A stretch of 64,000 nucleotides of DNA. Origin: Escherichia coli. GTDB lineage: Bacteria > Pseudomonadota > Gammaproteobacteria > Enterobacterales > Enterobacteriaceae. This document shows positions 55,457-64,000 of the stretch, in pieces; position 1 is the stretch's first letter, and every line of letters starts with the position of its first letter. The DNA lies in assembly GCF_003334405.1 (NCBI RefSeq), contig NZ_QOWM01000004.1; one strand, written 5' to 3'. The position numbers were made by a program, and so were the translations under genes. The notes beneath the pieces are model-generated. The model did not search any database, had not been told where the DNA came from, and was given only the letters and a program-made list of their open reading frames with translations.

Positions 55457-58400
55457 TTGAGCCAGGAATACACTGAAGACAAAGAAGTCACATTGACAAA
55501 GTTAAGTAGCGGCCGCCGCCTTCTGGAGGCGTTGCTGATCCTTATTGTCCTGTTTGCCGTCTGGTTGATGGCTGCCTTACTAAGCTTTAACCCTTCGGAC
55601 CCCAGCTGGTCGCAAACGGCCTGGCATGAACCTATCCATAATTTAGGTGGGATGCCCGGTGCGTGGTTGGCAGATACGCTGTTCTTTATTTTTGGCGTGA
55701 TGGCTTACACCATTCCCGTCATTATTGTCGGCGGTTGTTGGTTTGCCTGGCGTCATCAGTCCAGCGACGAATACATTGATTATTTTGCCGTTTCGCTACG
55801 CATCATTGGCGTTTTGGCGCTCATCCTTACCTCCTGTGGTCTGGCGGCAATCAACGCTGACGATATCTGGTATTTTGCCTCCGGTGGCGTCATTGGCAGC
55901 TTACTAAGCACTACGCTACAACCACTGCTACACAGTAGCGGGGGAACTATTGCGCTGCTCTGCGTTTGGGCAGCGGGCCTGACGTTGTTCACCGGTTGGT
56001 CATGGGTGACCATTGCTGAAAAACTCGGCGGCTGGATTTTAAACATTCTCACCTTCGCCAGTAATCGTACCCGTCGCGATGATACCTGGGTCGATGAAGA
56101 TGAGTATGAAGACGACGAAGAGTATGAAGATGAAAATCACGGCAAACAGCATGAATCACGCCGTGCCCGTATTCTTCGCGGCGCGCTAGCGCGTCGTAAA
56201 CGGTTGGCGGAAAAATTCATTAATCCGATGGGGCGGCAAACAGACGCTGCGTTGTTCTCCGGTAAGCGGATGGATGATGACGAAGAGATTACCTACACTG
56301 CACGCGGTGTGGCTGCCGACCCGGACGACGTCCTATTTTCGGGCAATCGTGCAACGCAGCCAGAATATGACGAATACGATCCATTATTAAACGGTGCGCC
56401 AATTACCGAACCTGTCGCTGTAGCAGCTGCTGCTACCACGGCGACACAAAGCTGGGCTGCGCCGGTTGAACCTGTGACTCAGACGCCGCCTGTTGCCTCT
56501 GTTGATGTTCCACCTGCGCAACCTACAGTAGCCTGGCAGCCTGTACCGGGTCCACAAACGGGAGAGCCGGTTATTGCTCCTGCACCGGAAGGTTACCCAC
56601 AGCAGTCACAATATGCGCAGCCTGCAGTGCAATATAATGAGCCGCTGCAACAACCAGTACAGCCGCAGCAGCCGTATTATGCACCTGCAGCTGAACAACC
56701 TGCGCAACAGCCGTATTATGCCCCTGCGCCAGAACAACCGGTGGCAGGTAACGCCTGGCAAGCCGAAGAGCAGCAATCCACTTTTGCTCCACAGTCTACA
56801 TACCAGACTGAGCAAACTTATCAGCAGCCAGCCGCTCAGGAGCCGTTGTACCAACAGCCGCAACCCGTTGAACAGCAGCCTGTTGTGGAGCCTGAACCCG
56901 TTGTAGAAGAGACAAAACCCGCGCGTCCGCCGCTTTACTACTTTGAAGAAGTTGAAGAGAAGCGAGCCCGTGAACGTGAACAACTTGCGGCCTGGTATCA
57001 ACCGATTCCAGAACCGGTTAAAGAACCAGAACCGATCAAATCTTCGCTGAAAGCACCTTCTGTTGCAGCAGTACCTCCAGTAGAAGCCGCTGCCGCTGTT
57101 TCCCCGCTGGCATCTGGCGTGAAAAAAGCGACACTGGCGACGGGGGCTGCCGCAACCGTTGCCGCGCCAGTCTTCAGTCTGGCAAATAGCGGTGGACCGC
57201 GTCCTCAGGTCAAAGAGGGGATTGGTCCGCAGTTGCCACGACCGAAACGTATCCGCGTGCCAACTCGTCGTGAACTGGCGTCTTACGGTATTAAGCTGCC
57301 CTCACAGCGTGCGGCGGAAGAAAAAGCCCGTGAAGCCCAGCGCAATCAGTACGATTCTGGCGATCAGTACAACGATGATGAAATCGATGCGATGCAGCAG
57401 GATGAACTGGCACGTCAGTTCGCCCAGACACAGCAGCAACGCTATGGCGAACAGTATCAACATGATGTGCCCGTAAACGCAGAAGATGCAGATGCTGCGG
57501 CAGAGGCTGAACTGGCTCGTCAGTTTGCGCAAACTCAACAACAACGTTATTCCGGCGAACAACCGGCTGGGGCGAATCCGTTCTCGCTGGATGATTTTGA
57601 ATTTTCGCCAATGAAAGCGTTGCTGGATGATGGTCCACACGAACCGTTGTTTACGCCAATTGTTGAACCTGTACAGCAGCCGCAACAACCGGTTGCACCG
57701 CAGCAGCAATATCAGCAGCCGCAACAACCAGTTCCGCCGCAGCCGCAGTATCAGCAGCCACAACAGCCGGTTGCGCCGCAGCCACAATATCAGCAGCCGC
57801 AACAACCGGTTGCGCCACAGCAGCAATATCAGCAGCCGCAACAACCGGTTGCGCCGCAGCAGCAGTATCAGCAGCCACAACAGCCAGTTGCGCCACAACC
57901 GCAGGATACCCTGCTTCATCCGCTGTTGATGCGTAATGGCGACAGCCGTCCGTTGCATAAACCGACGACGCCGCTGCCTTCTCTGGATTTGCTGACACCG
58001 CCGCCGAGCGAAGTGGAGCCGGTAGATACCTTTGCGCTTGAACAAATGGCTCGCCTGGTGGAAGCGCGTCTGGCTGATTTCCGTATTAAAGCCGATGTCG
58101 TCAATTACTCTCCGGGGCCGGTTATCACTCGCTTTGAATTGAACCTGGCACCGGGCGTAAAAGCGGCGCGCATTTCTAACTTGTCACGGGACCTTGCCCG
58201 TTCACTTTCGACGGTGGCGGTGCGTGTCGTTGAAGTTATTCCTGGCAAACCCTATGTAGGTCTGGAGTTACCGAATAAAAAACGACAAACCGTTTATCTG
58301 CGCGAAGTTTTGGATAACGCCAAATTCCGCGATAATCCGTCGCCATTAACCGTGGTGCTGGGTAAAGATATCGCCGGTGAGCCGGTGGTTGCCGATCTGG

Positions 58401-59446
58401 CGAAAATGCCGCACTTGTTGGTTGCGGGGACTACCGGTTCCGGTAAATCTGTCGGTGTGAACGCGATGATCCTGAGCATGCTTTATAAAGCACAGCCAGA
58501 AGATGTGCGTTTCATCATGATCGACCCGAAAATGCTGGAGCTTTCGGTTTATGAAGGCATTCCGCATCTGTTAACGGAAGTCGTTACTGATATGAAAGAT
58601 GCCGCCAACGCGCTGCGCTGGTGTGTTAACGAGATGGAGCGTCGGTATAAACTGATGTCTGCGCTGGGTGTGCGTAATCTGGCGGGTTATAACGAAAAAA
58701 TTGCTGAAGCCGATCGCATGATGCGTCCGATTCCAGACCCGTACTGGAAGCCGGGTGACAGTATGGATGCCCAGCATCCGGTGCTGAAAAAAGAACCATA
58801 CATTGTGGTGTTGGTTGACGAATTTGCCGACCTGATGATGACGGTAGGTAAAAAAGTGGAAGAGCTGATAGCACGTCTGGCGCAAAAAGCCCGTGCCGCG
58901 GGTATCCACCTCGTACTGGCAACTCAGCGTCCATCGGTTGATGTTATTACTGGTCTGATTAAAGCGAATATTCCGACCCGTATCGCCTTTACCGTATCCA
59001 GTAAGATTGACTCACGTACCATTCTTGATCAGGCTGGCGCGGAATCACTGCTGGGTATGGGGGATATGCTCTACTCTGGGCCGAACTCCACGTTGCCGGT
59101 ACGTGTCCATGGTGCTTTTGTTCGCGATCAGGAAGTTCATGCCGTGGTGCAGGACTGGAAAGCGCGTGGTCGCCCACAGTATGTTGATGGCATCACCTCC
59201 GACAGCGAAAGCGAAGGTGGTGCGGGTGGTTTCGATGGCGCTGAAGAACTGGATCCGTTGTTCGATCAGGCGGTGCAGTTTGTCACTGAAAAACGCAAAG
59301 CGTCAATTTCTGGCGTACAGCGTCAGTTCCGCATTGGTTATAACCGTGCAGCGCGTATTATCGAACAGATGGAAGCGCAGGGGATTGTCAGCGAACAGGG
59401 GCACAACGGTAATCGTGAAGTGCTGGCCCCACCGCCGTTTGACTAA
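55457..59446 (+). CDS. ftsK: DNA translocase FtsK (1329 aa)
   Basis: Track ORF starting at TTG 55457 ([27 protein letters not shown]...); N-terminal TM domain, Pro/Gln-rich repetitive linker, C-terminal motor with Walker A (GTTGSGKS). Confidence 0.93.
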   Translation: MSQEYTEDKEVTLTKLSSGRRLLEALLILIVLFAVWLMAALLSFNPSDPSWSQTAWHEPIHNLGGMPGAWLADTLFFIFGVMAYTIPVIIVGGCWFAWRHQSSDEYIDYFAVSLRIIGVLALILTSCGLAAINADDIWYFASGGVIGSLLSTTLQPLLHSSGGTIALLCVWAAGLTLFTGWSWVTIAEKLGGWILNILTFASNRTRRDDTWVDEDEYEDDEEYEDENHGKQHESRRARILRGALARRKRLAEKFINPMGRQTDAALFSGKRMDDDEEITYTARGVAADPDDVLFSGNRATQPEYDEYDPLLNGAPITEPVAVAAAATTATQSWAAPVEPVTQTPPVASVDVPPAQPTVAWQPVPGPQTGEPVIAPAPEGYPQQSQYAQPAVQYNEPLQQPVQPQQPYYAPAAEQPAQQPYYAPAPEQPVAGNAWQAEEQQSTFAPQSTYQTEQTYQQPAAQEPLYQQPQPVEQQPVVEPEPVVEETKPARPPLYYFEEVEEKRAREREQLAAWYQPIPEPVKEPEPIKSSLKAPSVAAVPPVEAAAAVSPLASGVKKATLATGAAATVAAPVFSLANSGGPRPQVKEGIGPQLPRPKRIRVPTRRELASYGIKLPSQRAAEEKAREAQRNQYDSGDQYNDDEIDAMQQDELARQFAQTQQQRYGEQYQHDVPVNAEDADAAAEAELARQFAQTQQQRYSGEQPAGANPFSLDDFEFSPMKALLDDGPHEPLFTPIVEPVQQPQQPVAPQQQYQQPQQPVPPQPQYQQPQQPVAPQPQYQQPQQPVAPQQQYQQPQQPVAPQQQYQQPQQPVAPQPQDTLLHPLLMRNGDSRPLHKPTTPLPSLDLLTPPPSEVEPVDTFALEQMARLVEARLADFRIKADVVNYSPGPVITRFELNLAPGVKAARISNLSRDLARSLSTVAVRVVEVIPGKPYVGLELPNKKRQTVYLREVLDNAKFRDNPSPLTVVLGKDIAGEPVVADLAKMPHLLVAGTTGSGKSVGVNAMILSMLYKAQPEDVRFIMIDPKMLELSVYEGIPHLLTEVVTDMKDAANALRWCVNEMERRYKLMSALGVRNLAGYNEKIAEADRMMRPIPDPYWKPGDSMDAQHPVLKKEPYIVVLVDEFADLMMTVGKKVEELIARLAQKARAAGIHLVLATQRPSVDVITGLIKANIPTRIAFTVSSKIDSRTILDQAGAESLLGMGDMLYSGPNSTLPVRVHGAFVRDQEVHAVVQDWKARGRPQYVDGITSDSESEGGAGGFDGAEELDPLFDQAVQFVTEKRKASISGVQRQFRIGYNRAARIIEQMEAQGIVSEQGHNGNREVLAPPPFD

Positions 59447-59457
59447 CTAATGCATCG

Positions 59458-59494
59458 TATGCCGGATAAGGCGCGGTAGCGTCGCATCCGGCAC
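59458..59494. repeat. REP palindromic unit after ftsK
   Basis: gccggataaggcgcggtagcgtcgcatccggc is REP-like. Confidence 0.75.
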
Positions 59495-59604
59495 TCTATC
59501 AACTGAAAATTCAGTATTTTCTTCTTTCCTCAAGCTGATTATTAGCCTGGAATAGAGAGTAGAGGGAACTCCCGATCGGGAGTGACGTAATTTGAGGAAT
59601 AATG

Positions 59605-60216
59605 ATGAAAAAAATTGCCATCACCTGTGCATTACTCTCAAGCTTAGTAGCAAGCAGCGTTTGGGCTGATGCCGCAAGCGATCTGAAAAGCCGCCTGGAT
59701 AAAGTCAGCAGCTTCCACGCCAGCTTCACACAAAAAGTGACTGACGGTAGCGGCGCGGCGGTGCAGGAAGGTCAGGGCGATCTGTGGGTGAAACGTCCAA
59801 ACTTATTCAACTGGCATATGACACAACCTGATGAAAGCATTCTGGTTTCTGACGGTAAAACACTGTGGTTCTATAACCCGTTCGTTGAGCAAGCTACGGC
59901 AACCTGGCTGAAAGATGCCACCGGTAATACGCCGTTTATGCTGATTGCCCGCAACCAGTCCAGCGACTGGCAGCAGTACAATATCAAACAGAATGGCGAT
60001 GACTTTGTCCTGACGCCGAAAGCCAGCAATGGCAATCTGAAGCAGTTCACCATTAACGTGGGACGTGATGGCACAATCCATCAGTTTAGCGCGGTGGAGC
60101 AGGACGATCAGCGCAGCAGTTATCAACTGAAATCCCAGCAAAATGGGGCTGTGGATGCAGCGAAATTTACCTTCACCCCGCCGCAAGGCGTCACGGTAGA
60201 TGATCAACGTAAGTAG
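59605..60216 (+). CDS. lolA: Outer-membrane lipoprotein carrier LolA (203 aa)
   Basis: Track ORF 59602..60216 trimmed to the second Met ([21 protein letters not shown]...); signal peptide. Confidence 0.92.
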
Positions 60217-60226
60217 AGGCACCTGA

Positions 60227-61570
60227 GTGAGCAATCTGTCGCTCGATTTTTCGGATAATACTTTTCAACCTCTGGCCGCGCGTATGCGGCCAGAAAATTT
60301 AGCACAGTATATCGGCCAGCAACATTTGCTGGCTGCGGGGAAGCCGTTGCCGCGCGCTATCGAAGCCGGGCATTTACATTCTATGATCCTCTGGGGGCCG
60401 CCGGGTACCGGCAAAACAACTCTCGCTGAAGTGATTGCCCGCTATGCGAACGCTGATGTGGAACGTATTTCTGCCGTCACCTCTGGCGTGAAAGAGATTC
60501 GCGAGGCGATCGAGCGCGCCCGGCAAAACCGCAATGCAGGTCGCCGCACTATTCTTTTTGTTGACGAAGTTCACCGTTTCAACAAAAGCCAGCAGGATGC
60601 ATTTCTGCCACATATTGAAGACGGCACCATCACTTTTATTGGCGCAACCACTGAAAACCCGTCGTTTGAGCTTAATTCGGCACTGCTTTCCCGTGCCCGT
60701 GTCTATCTGTTGAAATCCCTGAGTACAGAGGATATTGAGCAAGTACTAACTCAGGCGATGGAAGACAAAACCCGTGGCTATGGTGGTCAGGATATTGTTC
60801 TGCCAGATGAAACACGACGCGCCATTGCTGAACTGGTGAATGGCGACGCGCGCCGGGCGTTAAATACGCTGGAAATGATGGCGGATATGGCCGAAGTCGA
60901 TGATAGCGGTAAGCGGGTCCTGAAGCCTGAATTACTGACCGAAATCGCCGGTGAACGTAGCGCCCGCTTTGATAACAAAGGCGATCGCTTTTACGATCTG
61001 ATTTCCGCACTGCATAAGTCGGTACGTGGTAGCGCACCCGATGCGGCGCTGTACTGGTATGCGCGAATTATTACCGCTGGTGGCGATCCGTTATATGTCG
61101 CGCGTCGCTGTCTGGCGATTGCGTCTGAAGACGTCGGTAATGCCGATCCACGGGCGATGCAGGTGGCAATTGCGGCCTGGGATTGCTTTACTCGCGTTGG
61201 CCCGGCGGAAGGTGAACGCGCCATTGCTCAGGCGATTGTTTACCTGGCCTGCGCGCCAAAAAGCAACGCTGTCTACACTGCGTTTAAAGCCGCGCTGGCC
61301 GATGCTCGCGAACGCCCGGATTATGACGTGCCGGTTCATTTGCGTAATGCGCCGACGAAATTAATGAAGGAAATGGGCTACGGGCAGGAATATCGTTACG
61401 CTCATGATGAAGCAAACGCTTATGCTGCCGGTGAGGTTTACTTCCCGCCGGAAATAGCACAAACACGCTATTATTTCCCGACAAACAGGGGCCTTGAAGG
61501 CAAGATTGGCGAAAAGCTCGCCTGGCTGGCTGAACAGGATCAAAATAGCCCCATAAAACGCTACCGTTAA
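60227..61570 (+). CDS. rarA: Replication-associated recombination protein RarA/MgsA (AAA+, 447 aa)
   Basis: Track ORF; Walker [10 protein letters not shown]. Confidence 0.93.
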
Positions 61571-61639
61571 TGTTATCGTTGCGGTAATGTTGTTACTGTA
61601 TCCCTGTGGTCGCAGGCTGTGGCCACATCTCCCATTTAA

Positions 61640-62953
<1,314 letters not shown>

Positions 62954-62973
62954 TACCCAATTTTTCTGAATCT

Positions 62974-63000
62974 AAAAAGCGCCTGCGGGCGCTTTTTTTG
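62974..63000 (+). terminator. Rho-independent terminator of serS
   Basis: aaaaagcgcc-tgcg-ggcgc hairpin followed by ttttttt. Confidence 0.75.
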
Positions 63001-63191
63001 TCTCCCTTTGATACCGAACAATAATTACTCCTCACTTACACGTAATACTACTTTCGAGTGAAAATCTACCTATCTCTTTGATTTTCAAATTATTCGATGT
63101 ATACAAGCCTATATAGCGAACTGCTATAGAAATAATTACACAATACGGTTTGTTACTGGAATCAATCGTGAGCAAGCTTGAGTGAGCCATT

Positions 63192-64000
63192 ATGAAAACG
63201 AAAATCCCTGATGCGGTATTGGCTGCTGAGGTGAGTCGCCGTGGTTTGGTAAAAACGACAGCGATCGGCGGCCTGGCAATGGCCAGCAGCGCATTAACAT
63301 TACCTTTTAGTCGGATTGCGCACGCTGTCGATAGCGCCATTCCAACAAAATCAGACGAAAAGGTTATCTGGAGCGCCTGTACAGTTAACTGTGGTAGTCG
63401 CTGCCCGCTACGTATGCACGTCGTGGACGGTGAAATCAAATATGTCGAAACGGACAATACCGGCGATGACAATTACGACGGCCTGCACCAGGTTCGCGCC
63501 TGCCTGCGTGGGCGTTCCATGCGTCGCCGTGTCTACAATCCGGACCGCCTGAAATATCCGATGAAACGAGTCGGGGCGCGCGGTGAAGGCAAATTCGAGC
63601 GCATTAGCTGGGAAGAAGCCTACGACATCATCGCGACCAATATGCAGCGCCTGATCAAAGAGTACGGCAACGAGTCTATCTATCTGAACTATGGCACCGG
63701 TACGCTGGGCGGCACCATGACCCGCTCCTGGCCGCCGGGAAATACCCTGGTCGCGCGGCTGATGAACTGCTGCGGCGGCTATCTGAACCATTACGGCGAC
63801 TACTCCTCCGCGCAAATTGCGGAAGGTTTGAACTATACCTACGGCGGCTGGGCAGATGGCAACAGCCCGTCGGATATCGAAAACAGTAAGCTGGTAGTGC
63901 TGTTTGGTAATAACCCTGGCGAAACGCGAATGAGTGGCGGTGGGGTGACTTACTATCTTGAACAGGCACGCCAGAAATCTAATGCCCGCATGATCATCAT
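63192..64000 (+). CDS. dmsA: Anaerobic DMSO reductase catalytic subunit DmsA, N-terminal part (runs off window end)
   Basis: ATG at 63192 gives MKTKIPDAVLAAEVSRRGLVKTTAIGGLAMASSALTLPF... (twin-arginine signal SRRGLV), open to position 64000; absent from ORF track because no stop is reached. Confidence 0.85.
   Translation, partial: MKTKIPDAVLAAEVSRRGLVKTTAIGGLAMASSALTLPFSRIAHAVDSAIPTKSDEKVIWSACTVNCGSRCPLRMHVVDGEIKYVETDNTGDDNYDGLHQVRACLRGRSMRRRVYNPDRLKYPMKRVGARGEGKFERISWEEAYDIIATNMQRLIKEYGNESIYLNYGTGTLGGTMTRSWPPGNTLVARLMNCCGGYLNHYGDYSSAQIAEGLNYTYGGWADGNSPSDIENSKLVVLFGNNPGETRMSGGGVTYYLEQARQKSNARMII

Noticed and set aside
57302-58045. 247-aa minus-strand ORF (Leu/Arg-rich, repetitive) and similar ORFs at 57651..57998 and 56606..57001, antisense to ftsK
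   Set aside because: They lie entirely inside the ftsK linker and are mirror images of its tandem Pro/Gln codon repeats (CAG/CCG on one strand reads CTG/CGG on the other); no independent start or RBS context. Repeat artefacts.
63032-63472. 146-aa minus-strand ORF spanning the serS-dmsA intergenic region and the dmsA 5' end
   Set aside because: Overlaps the dmsA start and signal-peptide coding region on the opposite strand; dmsA is strongly supported by its twin-arginine signal and conserved N-terminus. Likely spurious.

Overview
The window reads as a contiguous, syntenic stretch of Escherichia coli K-12-like core chromosome (about the 19-20 min region), running from the 5' end of rimO to the 5' end of dmsA. 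I recognise about 60 protein genes in canonical order (bssR, yliI, gstB, dacC, deoR, ybjG, mdfA, ybjH-J, rcdA, ybjL, ybjM, grxA, ybjC-nfsA-rimK-ybjN, potFGHI, ybjO, rlmC, artJ, artPIQM, ybjP, ybjQ, amiD, ybjS, ybjT-ltaE-poxB, hcp-hcr, ybjE/lysO, aqpZ, ybjD, ybjX, macAB, cspD, clpSA, infA, aat, cydDC, trxB, lrp, ftsK, lolA, rarA, serS, dmsA), plus tRNA-Ser (serW), the sRNA RybB, REP/BIME repeats, and several terminators and operator-like sites. Gene calls rest on recognising the encoded proteins and the conserved gene order; no database search was run. Several track ORFs were trimmed to internal starts that give the lengths I recall for the K-12 proteins. I see no integrase, transposase, IS element, prophage or foreign-composition island, so I do not find evidence of a new multi-gene system here. 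The most interesting signals are: (1) an orphan type I-F CRISPR remnant (two 28-bp repeats, one 32-bp spacer) between clpA and serW, invisible to the ORF track; (2) ybjD, a solitary OLD-family ATPase/Toprim nuclease related to phage-defence nucleases; (3) a roughly 260-bp GC-rich, multi-hairpin non-coding block between ybjE and aqpZ that I cannot assign.
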